Assembly (NCBI GenBank): GCA_964361035.1 | Contig: CAYHZD010000003.1 | Coordinates: 1 to 32,364, forward strand | DNA: 32,364 bases | Origin: an uncultured Candidatus Saccharibacteria bacterium | Lineage (GTDB): Bacteria; Patescibacteriota; Minisyncoccia; Ryanbacterales; CAYHZD01 | Direction: 5' to 3' | In this document: positions 17,479-25,262 of the stretch, piece after piece | Numbering within the stretch: the stretch's first letter is position 1 | Layout of the letters: each line of letters starts with the position of its first letter | Position numbers and translations under genes: made by a program | Notes under the pieces: model-generated | The model's database searches: none | What the model was told of the DNA's origin: nothing | The model's input: only the letters and a program-made list of their open reading frames with translations

Positions 17479-18162
17479 ATGGGACAAGGAGAGATTGTTG
17501 AGATAGCACAAGGTGTCTTGTGGCCGGTTGTGCTGTATGACGAACAGCAGCGGCCAGATGCGATTTGCGTACATTCGAATGATGTAGGACCATCTCTCAT
17601 CGCGCAGTGCGCGGCAAACCTTTTTCATCTCTGCATGTTTCTTCAGAAGAGAGACTCTATCCCGTTGGTGGTAATCAACGGTACTACGAAAGAGGAATGG
17701 AAAAAAAGACAAAACATTGAGTTCGGCGGCACTGAAATGTGGAGAGATCTTATGCTCACCAGAGGAGCAGTGCCGGAAGAATATATTCTTTCCACAAACA
17801 TCGCCGTTCACACGGGGGCCGAAGCGGATGAATTTGTGCGTTTGGCAAAAGAACGACGATGGAAGACTGTTGTTGACGTGGCATTGCCCTATCATCAATT
17901 GCGTTGCTTTTTAACCATGATACAAGCGATGAGGAGGGCGCGCTACTATCTTGACGTGTACAATCTCACGTTTCCTATTTCTTCATGGACGCATCAGGCG
18001 CGAAGAGTTTTGCTTGGCGGCGCTTTCGAGGAAGGCACGTATCTTAACCGTATCTTCGGCGAGCATGATCGTATTGCGCGCTACACCAAAGAAGGAAAAT
18101 GCGCCACGCTTGCCGACGCGCTCGCCTATCTCGCCAAACGCGGCACCGGCGCATGGAAATGA
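17479..18162 (+). CDS. DUF218 / YdcF-ElyC-SanA family protein (envelope-biogenesis-associated, function unknown)
   Basis: Pattern typical of DUF218: AICVHSND..., PLVVINGTT..., GGTEMWRDLMLTRGVPEEYILSTNIAVHTGAEADEFVRLAKERRWKTVVDVALPYHQLRCFLT (nucleotide-binding-like core, T-x-x-x-A, then Y-H-x-x-R). Confidence 0.55.
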   Translation: MGQGEIVEIAQGVLWPVVLYDEQQRPDAICVHSNDVGPSLIAQCAANLFHLCMFLQKRDSIPLVVINGTTKEEWKKRQNIEFGGTEMWRDLMLTRGAVPEEYILSTNIAVHTGAEADEFVRLAKERRWKTVVDVALPYHQLRCFLTMIQAMRRARYYLDVYNLTFPISSWTHQARRVLLGGAFEEGTYLNRIFGEHDRIARYTKEGKCATLADALAYLAKRGTGAWK

Positions 18163-18163
18163 G

Positions 18164-18170
18164 AAAGGAG
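18164..18170 (+). promoter_or_regulatory. Shine-Dalgarno site (AAAGGAG) for the orphan ORF
   Basis: AAAGGAG lies 6 nt upstream of ATG 18177. Confidence 0.55.
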
Positions 18171-18176
18171 AAAAAG

Positions 18177-18518
18177 ATGGGCGAAAAATGGCAGCATCCA
18201 GTTGTGACTTTATTTGAGGAAAAATTACATGCAGGTTATACTTATGTGGCTCAAGGGGAAGCAGATATTGGTTCTGGTTATCAGGATCACCGACATGTTC
18301 TATGTTTCTATGGTGGCCCAAAGGGAAGTATTCTTGCGCGTAAACGAGTACAAAATTCCAGTAACGGAATGATGCTCGCTGGTTCCCACATTACATGGCA
18401 CAGATTTCGAAACAGAAGAGCTCTCCAGTGTTGGACCTATCGCCTCCAAGTTGCTATACGCAAGAAAGTTGATTTGCAAACCGCGATAGCGCGTCTTCGC
18501 GGAGAGATCGCCGATTAG
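18177..18518 (+). CDS. Hypothetical protein, 113 aa, with no family recognised
   Basis: ATG 18177 inside ORF 18099..18518, with a good SD, a TAG stop and an intrinsic terminator 28 nt downstream. Sequence MGEKWQHPVVTLFEEKLHAGYTYVAQGEADIGSGYQDHRHVLCFYGG... has a basic middle and a C-terminal amphipathic helix. Arg codon choice (AGA/CGA) looks different from neighbouring genes. Confidence 0.45.
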   Translation: MGEKWQHPVVTLFEEKLHAGYTYVAQGEADIGSGYQDHRHVLCFYGGPKGSILARKRVQNSSNGMMLAGSHITWHRFRNRRALQCWTYRLQVAIRKKVDLQTAIARLRGEIAD

Positions 18519-18546
18519 TGGTTGCGTTATATACCACGCAATATCA

Positions 18547-18580
18547 CCGAAGGATTTTACGCCTTCGGTTTTTTTTATTT
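18547..18580 (+). terminator. Rho-independent terminator
   Basis: Stem (A)CCGAAGG 18546-18553 pairs with CCTTCGG(T) 18562-18569, with an 8-nt loop. It is followed by T8-A-T3... at 18569-18580. It sits between convergent genes. Confidence 0.7.
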
Positions 18581-18605
18581 TTTATCCGATCGTTACGCTT
18601 TTTTG

Positions 18606-18621
18606 TTCGTATATATACGAA
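18606..18621. repeat. Perfect 16-bp palindrome TTCGTATATATACGAA in the convergent intergenic region
   Basis: Read directly; it is its own reverse complement. It lies 41 nt downstream of the minus-strand Nudix-GNAT stop. No U-tract follows on the minus strand, so terminator function is uncertain. Confidence 0.5.
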
Positions 18622-18661
18622 AGGAAAAGCGGAATGAGGTAATCGGGATATAGACGATATC

Positions 18662-19477
18662 TTATTTTACTTGATAGAGATAGTGGTTCGTGGGATGCAA
18701 CTGAAATCCGATTTTCTGGTAGAGAGCATTGGCGGCGAGGCGGCGCGGGTTGGTAGTGAGTTCCACGACTTCGACACCCTGCTTTTTCGCCCAGCGCAAC
18801 AGATCAAGGAGAATTTCTTTTCCCAACCCTTTGCCGCGTTGTGACTCATCCACAATCATATCTTCCACCACGGCTTGTTTGCGCAAAAAAGTGCGCCGCG
18901 GGAAAATCCAGCCGGCTCCCACCAATTTGCCGTCTATTACTTTTTTACTCATGTAGCCATTCAAAAGGGAACGATACAAATTCATTTCATTCACCGTTGC
19001 CGAACTATCAAGTTGTGCGATGAGAAAAACCAGTGCCGGATAGTCGCTCGCAAATTTTTTTTTGAGCAGGCGTATAATCGCTTGATTGGAATCAAATGCA
19101 ATGGCCGATGGTTTTATTTTTTTAAGCGGCATCCACGCGAAATGTGAATTTTCTTTTTTATTAAGCGTAATATCTCCGCGATAATCCACGAGATATGCAT
19201 GACTAATCACCGCGTAAGTTTTTCTGTTCCATGAGGCCGTGCCCGGAAACCATCCGATAAAATCGTATGAAATATCGATGCCAAGTTCTTCTTTCATCTC
19301 GCGCCGCAGTGTTTCTTCGGGCGTCTCGCCCTGATTCATATAGCCGCCCGGAAGATCCCACATGCCTTTATAAGGAGCTTGATTGCGCTTGGTAAGCAGC
19401 AGTGCGCCGTTTTTAATAAACACCGCCGTGGCGGTGCCTTTTGGCGTATTAAACGCGCAGAGTTCACATTTCATCAT
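18662..19477 (-). CDS. Nudix hydrolase fused to a GNAT N-acetyltransferase
   Basis: A perfect Nudix box GX5EX7REUXEEXGU (GYMNQGETPEETLRREMKEELGI, nt 19277-19345). The C-terminal GNAT motif A is VDESQRGKGLGKEILLDLLRWAKKQGVEVVEL...ANALYQKIGF. Confidence 0.85.
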   Translation of the reverse strand: MMKCELCAFNTPKGTATAVFIKNGALLLTKRNQAPYKGMWDLPGGYMNQGETPEETLRREMKEELGIDISYDFIGWFPGTASWNRKTYAVISHAYLVDYRGDITLNKKENSHFAWMPLKKIKPSAIAFDSNQAIIRLLKKKFASDYPALVFLIAQLDSSATVNEMNLYRSLLNGYMSKKVIDGKLVGAGWIFPRRTFLRKQAVVEDMIVDESQRGKGLGKEILLDLLRWAKKQGVEVVELTTNPRRLAANALYQKIGFQLHPTNHYLYQVK

Positions 19478-19541
19478 GTTTACATATTACCAGAAAAGCG
19501 CGCTTGTTGCAAGAAAGGATATTTTATGGTACAGGTTTTAT

Positions 19542-20438
19542 ATGATTTCTGTTGTTGTTGCTATCTATAACGAAGAGCGTATTGTCGAAGAGCTTGCTGC
19601 GCGCTTACGGACGGTTTTCGAAAATACCGCGAGTGATTATGAGATAGTGTTCGTAGATGACGGCAGTAGCGATGCTACTTCCGTGCTCATCGAAAAACTT
19701 CATCGCGACAACAAGCGCGTGAAGCTTATTCAATTTTCGCGCAACTTTGGGCAAGTGGCTGCACTGCGCGCGGGGCTTGCAGAAGTAAGGGGTGATAGGG
19801 TGATTACCATGGACGGCGATCTCCAAGATGTACCGGAAGAAATCCCAAACCTTCTTACAAAATTGGAGGATGGCTATGATATGGTCTACGCGCAACGCGA
19901 GCAACGCAAACACGTATGGTTTCGCAATACGGGATCGCGGATATTTGCGCACGCGCTTCGTTGGGCAACGGTGCACGGCGGTGTAGTACCCCCCGATAAA
20001 GATATGCTGGCGCTCGGTGTCTTTCGCGCCATGCGGCGCGATGTTGTTGATGCGATCAATCAATTGTCAGAACAATCCGGCTATTTTCAGGGGCTGATCA
20101 ATTGGGCGGGATTTCGTCATGGCATTGTGCCGGTCACCCACGGCGCGCGCGCGGCGGGACACAGTCATTATTCTCTGCGTAAACTGTTTCGCTACGGCCT
20201 TGAAGCGCTCGTCTTTCTCTTCCCATTTCCTCTGCGTATTTTTTTGGTTGCCGGTGCCGCCATTGCGGCGATTTCTCTTCCCTTCATGATAATGACTTCT
20301 TATCTTATCTTTTTTGCGCTTTCGTTTTGGACCGGTGTTCAATTAACAGCGTTCGGCATAGCGGGAGAATATATATGCCGTGCGCTTCTTGAGACAAAAC
20401 ATCGGCCGTTTTTTATTGTGAAAAAAAAATTGTTATGA
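19542..20438 (+). CDS. GT2 polyprenyl-phosphate glycosyltransferase (ArnC/GtrB/DPM1-like)
   Basis: MISVVVAIYNEERIVEEL..., YEIVFVDDGSSDAT and MDGDLQD (DxD). There are two C-terminal TM helices (LVFLFPFPLRIFLVAGAAIAAISLPF..., LIFFALSFWTGVQLTAFGIAGEYI), as in GtrB/ArnC. The track ORF starts at an upstream TTG (19383) antisense to the Nudix gene. Confidence 0.85.
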   Translation: MISVVVAIYNEERIVEELAARLRTVFENTASDYEIVFVDDGSSDATSVLIEKLHRDNKRVKLIQFSRNFGQVAALRAGLAEVRGDRVITMDGDLQDVPEEIPNLLTKLEDGYDMVYAQREQRKHVWFRNTGSRIFAHALRWATVHGGVVPPDKDMLALGVFRAMRRDVVDAINQLSEQSGYFQGLINWAGFRHGIVPVTHGARAAGHSHYSLRKLFRYGLEALVFLFPFPLRIFLVAGAAIAAISLPFMIMTSYLIFFALSFWTGVQLTAFGIAGEYICRALLETKHRPFFIVKKKLL

Positions 20439-20460
20439 TTCCTCCGCGCGAGAGTAGAAC

Positions 20461-22131
20461 ATGAACAAATATTTTCATTTCAATGAACGCACCTTGAAGT
20501 GGTTGTTCATTGCGGCGGCGGTGGTATTGGGCGCGATACAGGCATGGACGGGGCGGTATGCTATGAATCCTGACGGCATTTCTTATCTTGATGTAGGCGA
20601 CGCGTTCTTGCGCGGCGATTGGCGTTCAGGCATTAACGCTCATTGGAGTCCTCTTTATGCTTTATTATTGAGCACCCCTCTTTTTTTGTTCTCCATTTCT
20701 CCTTACGGGGAATTCGCGTTTGTTCATCTCGTTAATTTTTTTATATATCTTGCCGCGTTAGCCGCGTTCGATTTTTTGCTGCGTGCGCTTATTGATTCCC
20801 GCGAAGAAAACTTTCGTACCCCATTACTCATTTTTGGGTACGCGCTTTTCCTCGTCTCCTCGCTGCGGTTCATCACGCTTTCGCTCGTTACACCCGATAT
20901 GTTGGTCGCGGCGTTTATATTTTTAATCGCGGGCCTTCTTGTGCGCATTCGCGGCGGCGCGCATAACTGGTCGATATTTTTTTTACTCGGTACAGCGCTT
21001 GGATTTGGTTATCTGGCAAAAGCCCCTTTGTTTTTGATTGCCTTCGTCTTTTTGGGAGTCGGGATTTTTGCGGTTGGCGATATACGAAAGGTAATTCCTC
21101 GTATTTCTTTCGCGTTCGCGGTGTTTATGTTGATCACCAGCTTATTTATAGTTCCTCTCTCTCTTCTCAAAAATCGTTTTACGTTTGGTGACTCGGGAAA
21201 AATCAATTATGCATGGCAGATCAATAACATACCCTATATCTATTGGCAGGGGGAGGGCAGTGATAATGGCGTGCCATTGCATCCCATGAGAAAAGTTTTT
21301 GATCATCCGCCTGTTTATGAATTCGCAACTCCTATAGGCGGCACGTATCCGCCGTGGTATGACCCTTCTTATTGGTCCGAAGGAGGTATTATTCATTTCA
21401 ACATGAGAGGGCATCTCGAAGCGCTTTTGAGAAGCGGACGCCTTCTTTATGAAGAACTTTCCACTGCGCAATTCGGGAGTATTGCGGTCGGTTTGCTTGC
21501 CCTTATTCTGGTAAGCGGTCAATGGCGGCGGCCAAAAACATTTTTCGATGATTGGCTTCTTTTAGTTCCTGCGTTGGCAGGACTTGGCATGTATGCATTG
21601 GTATTAGTACGTATGCGCTATGTGGCTCCTTTTTTTGTATTAATGGGGCTTAGTATATTTTCTCGCATACGATTGCCGGCATCGCGCGATGCCGAGCATG
21701 TTGGTATGAGTATAACGTGCGCGATGGTTTTTATGATAATGATCTTGCTTGCTGTTTCTGCTTTGGCGCAGATTATGCGCGAGACAACTGATGAGCAAGG
21801 AAAGATTGCGCGAACATTACAAGAAGCAGGGATACAGTCAGGAGACCGGGTAGCAGTGATCGGCGGCTCTTTTAATGGGTGGAGCGCGTTTTGGGCGCGT
21901 TTGCTTAAAGTAAAGATTGTTGCCGAAATACCTTCCACCAACGAAGCAAGATTGTTTTGGGAAAATGAAAATACATACGCGCGCGTACAAGATATATTCT
22001 CTAAGACGGGCGCGCGTGTAATGGTAGCTGAACTCTTGCCAGATAAGGCTCATACGAAGGATTGGCAGCGCGTAGGTCAGGCGGGATACTATTTTTTTTC
22101 TACTTCAACGGTGACAAACATGCCGAGATAG
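20461..22131 (+). CDS. GT-C fold membrane glycosyltransferase (ArnT/PMT-like), paralog B, with a C-terminal soluble domain
   Basis: 556 aa. The loop-1 acidic motif is MNPDGISYLDVGDAF, followed by HWSPLYALLLS and GFGYLAKAPLF. About 11-13 hydrophobic helices are followed by a roughly 110-aa hydrophilic tail. It directly follows the ArnC/GtrB-like GT2. Confidence 0.62.
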   Translation: MNKYFHFNERTLKWLFIAAAVVLGAIQAWTGRYAMNPDGISYLDVGDAFLRGDWRSGINAHWSPLYALLLSTPLFLFSISPYGEFAFVHLVNFFIYLAALAAFDFLLRALIDSREENFRTPLLIFGYALFLVSSLRFITLSLVTPDMLVAAFIFLIAGLLVRIRGGAHNWSIFFLLGTALGFGYLAKAPLFLIAFVFLGVGIFAVGDIRKVIPRISFAFAVFMLITSLFIVPLSLLKNRFTFGDSGKINYAWQINNIPYIYWQGEGSDNGVPLHPMRKVFDHPPVYEFATPIGGTYPPWYDPSYWSEGGIIHFNMRGHLEALLRSGRLLYEELSTAQFGSIAVGLLALILVSGQWRRPKTFFDDWLLLVPALAGLGMYALVLVRMRYVAPFFVLMGLSIFSRIRLPASRDAEHVGMSITCAMVFMIMILLAVSALAQIMRETTDEQGKIARTLQEAGIQSGDRVAVIGGSFNGWSAFWARLLKVKIVAEIPSTNEARLFWENENTYARVQDIFSKTGARVMVAELLPDKAHTKDWQRVGQAGYYFFSTSTVTNMPR

Positions 22132-22868
22132 GCATTGAACGGCGCAAGAAGTATTTCTAATCCTTTTATGAGCGGATAGCAGAACGAAGGCAAAAGTTGG
22201 CGCATAGAAACACCTCCGCTTATGAGATAACGGAATGGCGTATGGGGTGTAACGGCGCGCACCACAAGTGAAGGGAATTCTTTGGCGAATATCGCTTTAT
22301 CTCGAGAAAAAATAATCCATGAAAGGGCGCCGTTTGCGCGCGATAATAATCCTTCGGTCTGTAACTCCCAGCCAGCCGATAGATCAAACGGTTCGTGATG
22401 GAAATATTGATAAATAAAACGTCCCCAAAGCGTATTCGCTTCTTCTATCATGAGTATTTTCCCTCTCGGTTTCAGACATCGCTGCGCCTCGTTAAAAAAA
22501 GCGCGAGGGTCGGCAATATGATGCAAGACATCGACCAAAAGGAAAGCATCAATCGAGCAATCATCAAAAGGCATTGCCGTCGCAGAAAAGCAACGATCCA
22601 CCATCGGGAGCGCAAGGATGTCTGACGTAATGATGCGCGGGATAACTTCCTTGATAAACCCGCCTCCGCTTCCCAATTCAACAAACATCGCATTATCGCT
22701 GGGCGGCAAACGCTCTTTAAGCCGCTGATAAAAATCAATATAGGTATTTTTAAGAAATCGTTTTCGCTGGATTATTTTTGCATGCAAGACGGTCAGAAAA
22801 AGATCGTCTTCGCCGTTGATTGTTTTTATTTCTGGCAGGGCAAGCACGTTTTTTAGTATTTTAATCAT
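22089..22868 (-). CDS. Class I SAM-dependent methyltransferase
   Basis: Motif I FVELGSGGGFIKEVI. DAFLLVDVLHHIADPRAFFNEAQRCLKPRGKILMIE covers motifs II-III. The 3' end overlaps the convergent GT-C gene by 43 nt. Confidence 0.8.
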   Translation of the reverse strand: MIKILKNVLALPEIKTINGEDDLFLTVLHAKIIQRKRFLKNTYIDFYQRLKERLPPSDNAMFVELGSGGGFIKEVIPRIITSDILALPMVDRCFSATAMPFDDCSIDAFLLVDVLHHIADPRAFFNEAQRCLKPRGKILMIEEANTLWGRFIYQYFHHEPFDLSAGWELQTEGLLSRANGALSWIIFSRDKAIFAKEFPSLVVRAVTPHTPFRYLISGGVSMRQLLPSFCYPLIKGLEILLAPFNAYLGMFVTVEVEKK

Positions 22869-22921
22869 ACGATGTATCTTATACGAGGTATTGCCTTTTG
22901 GGAAGATATTTCGTAAAGTGA

Positions 22922-23887
22922 ATGCATTCTTTTATGGCAATGAAGCTCGCGGCAAAAAAGATTTTGGTGACTGGCGGCGCCGGTTTTTTAGGAAGTTTCG
23001 TGGTAGAAGCCCTGCGACGGCGCGCTGTTGCCCCCGAAAATATATTCACGCCTCGTTCGCATGAATATGATTTACGCAAACGCGAAAACTGTGAACGGGT
23101 AGTGGCAGAACAGAATGTAGTGATTCATCTCGCTGCCAACGTAGGCGGTATTGGTTATAACCGCGAAAATCCCGGCACGCTTCTTTATGACAACCTTATT
23201 ATGGGTGTGGAGATGATGGAGGCAGCGCGCAAGGCGGGTGTGGAAAAATTTGTCACTGTTTCTACGGTGTGCGCCTACCCGAAATTTACGCCCGTGCCCT
23301 TTCGTGAACAAGATTTATGGGTCGGTTATCCGGAAGAAACCAACGCGCCCTATGGCCTTGCCAAAAAAATACTTCTCGTGCAAGCGCAGGCCTATCGCCA
23401 GCAATACGGGCTTAACGCGATCACATTGTTTTTAGTAAATCTTTACGGCCCGCGCGATAATTTTGATCTGAAAAATTCCCATGTAATTCCCGCCCTGATT
23501 CGGAAGATGAAGGAAGCAAAAAATAATAACCGTGATATAGTTGATGTGTGGGGAACCGGCAAAGCGACCCGCGAATTTTTATATGTGGAGGACGCCGCAG
23601 AAGGTATTGTGCGCGCGCTTGAATATTATGATAAGCCAGAACCTGTCAACATAGGTTCGGGGATAGAAATATCCATCAGTGATCTTGTAAAAACTATTGC
23701 GCATCTTTGTGATTTCAAAGGAACAATTCGGTGGGACGCCTCTCAGCCAGACGGTCAGCCGCGCCGCCTGCTCGACATATCGCGCGCAAAAAAAGAATTT
23801 GGTCTCGAAGTAAAAACCAATCTTGAAGAGGGTCTTGCTAAAACTATATTATGGTATGCGCAAACAGCATCTTCTCGATTATTTTGA
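22922..23887 (+). CDS. fcl: GDP-L-fucose synthase (GDP-4-keto-6-deoxy-D-mannose 3,5-epimerase/4-reductase) family
   Basis: [63 protein letters not shown] (the YxxxK motif), [26 protein letters not shown]. These line up with Fcl/WcaG signatures. Start could be 22922, 22934 or 22940. Confidence 0.82.
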   Translation: MHSFMAMKLAAKKILVTGGAGFLGSFVVEALRRRAVAPENIFTPRSHEYDLRKRENCERVVAEQNVVIHLAANVGGIGYNRENPGTLLYDNLIMGVEMMEAARKAGVEKFVTVSTVCAYPKFTPVPFREQDLWVGYPEETNAPYGLAKKILLVQAQAYRQQYGLNAITLFLVNLYGPRDNFDLKNSHVIPALIRKMKEAKNNNRDIVDVWGTGKATREFLYVEDAAEGIVRALEYYDKPEPVNIGSGIEISISDLVKTIAHLCDFKGTIRWDASQPDGQPRRLLDISRAKKEFGLEVKTNLEEGLAKTILWYAQTASSRLF

Positions 23888-25262
23888 AGCGCTCGCGCCC
23901 ACACGGGATGATTGGAAACGCAGAAATTGGTATTACCATGACTCGCTCAAGCGATTGATGCAATTTTTTATTCCCCGTGGCGTATCCGTGCTTGAGATAG
24001 GTTCTGGCACGGGCGACTTGTTGGCTGCTGTGGCGCCGCATTACGGGATGGGGGTGGATATAAGTCCGCAGATGATTGATATTGCGCGCAGAAAATATCC
24101 TCTTTTCACATGGCAGGTCGAAGACGCGGAACATTTAGCACTGCAGGAACGTTTTGATTACATCATCATGTCCGATTTAATTGGATTTGTTGATGATATA
24201 GAAAAAGTATTTTCGAATGTACGCAACGTATCGCATACCAAAACAAAGGTGGTGGTCACGTGCTATAATTATGCATGGGAGCCGATTATACATCTTGCCG
24301 AGATGTGCGGCTTCAAGGATCGTCAGCCGATTCAAAATTGGATTTCCTTAAAGGATATAGAAAATATGTTTTTACTTGCGGGGTTCGAGGTTATTAAACG
24401 TGGGGGGATGATGTTGATGCCGGTGTGGATTCCGTTTATTTCTAAGACTTTTAACAAAATGGTCGCGCATCTCCCCATTATGTGGCGTTTTTCATTGGTG
24501 CAATACGCGGTTGCGCGGCCGCTGGTTCAGCATCGTCGCGAATATTCCGTCTCCGTCATTATCCCCGCACGCAACGAAAAAGGCAATATCGAACGTGCCG
24601 TGAAAGATATGCCGCGCTTTGGCAGAACCCAAGAGATCATTTTTGTGGAGGGACATTCGCGCGACAGAACGCTCGAAGAGATAAAGCGGGTAGCGGAAGC
24701 ATACGCGAGTACGCATACGATCCGTTGGGCGGTGCAAGAAGGAGAGGGAAAGGGGGATGCAGTGCGTAAAGGATTTGCAATGGCGGAAGGCGAGATATTG
24801 ATGATTCTCGATGCTGATCTTACCGTGCGGCCGGAAGATTTGTTAAAATTTTATGAAGCGCTTGCCTCCGGCAGAGGAGAATTCATTAACGGTTCGCGAC
24901 TTGTGTATCCGTTGGAAAAAGATTCTATGCGCATATTGAATATAGCAGGCAATAAATGTTTTAGTGTGATATTTTCATGGCTACTTGATCAGCGCATCAA
25001 AGATACCCTTTGCGGCACGAAAACGCTTTTTAAGGAAGACTACGAAAAAATCGTCTCGGGAAGAAATTATTTCGGTGAATTTGACCCATTCGGAGATTTC
25101 GATTTATTACTCGGCGCAGCAAAGCTGAATCTGAAAATTATTGAGGTTCCTGTTCGTTATCAGGCACGCGTATACGGGAAAACGAATATTCAGCGCTGGA
25201 AGCATGGGTGGCTGCTTTTAAAAATGGCTTGGTTTGCATTATGGAAGATAAAATTTATTTAA
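23856..25262 (+). CDS. Fusion protein: N-terminal class I SAM methyltransferase + C-terminal GT2 of the DPM1/ALG5/GtrB (polyprenyl-phosphate sugar synthase) type
   Basis: MT motif [16 protein letters not shown] and [16 protein letters not shown]2 part: [44 protein letters not shown] and [13 protein letters not shown] 23856; the track uses a TTG at 23823. It overlaps fcl by 32 nt. Confidence 0.78.
   Translation: MRKQHLLDYFEALAPTRDDWKRRNWYYHDSLKRLMQFFIPRGVSVLEIGSGTGDLLAAVAPHYGMGVDISPQMIDIARRKYPLFTWQVEDAEHLALQERFDYIIMSDLIGFVDDIEKVFSNVRNVSHTKTKVVVTCYNYAWEPIIHLAEMCGFKDRQPIQNWISLKDIENMFLLAGFEVIKRGGMMLMPVWIPFISKTFNKMVAHLPIMWRFSLVQYAVARPLVQHRREYSVSVIIPARNEKGNIERAVKDMPRFGRTQEIIFVEGHSRDRTLEEIKRVAEAYASTHTIRWAVQEGEGKGDAVRKGFAMAEGEILMILDADLTVRPEDLLKFYEALASGRGEFINGSRLVYPLEKDSMRILNIAGNKCFSVIFSWLLDQRIKDTLCGTKTLFKEDYEKIVSGRNYFGEFDPFGDFDLLLGAAKLNLKIIEVPVRYQARVYGKTNIQRWKHGWLLLKMAWFALWKIKFI

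Noticed and set aside
16758-17600. 280-aa minus-strand ORF covering the acetyltransferase gene
   Set aside because: The plus-strand product has unmistakable NeuD/PglD N-terminal and hexapeptide-repeat motifs. The minus-strand translation is Cys/His/Ile-rich with no motifs. It is an antisense shadow of a repeat-rich gene.
18099-18518. Orphan ORF as a toxin/antitoxin or defence gene, or as a -1 frameshift extension of the DUF218 gene
   Set aside because: There is no partner small gene, no recognisable toxin fold motifs and no slippery heptamer upstream of the DUF218 stop. It is kept only as a hypothetical protein with a good SD and terminator.
19526-19570. 14-codon upstream ORF MVQVLYDFCCCCYL with an SD-like AAAGGA 7 nt upstream, overlapping the GT2 start
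   Set aside because: The four Cys codons are just the +2 frame of the GTT GTT GTT (VVV) codons in the canonical GT2 N-terminus MISVVVAIYNEE. There is no independent support for translation, so it is most likely a frame artefact. The true SD usage of the GT2 gene remains unclear.
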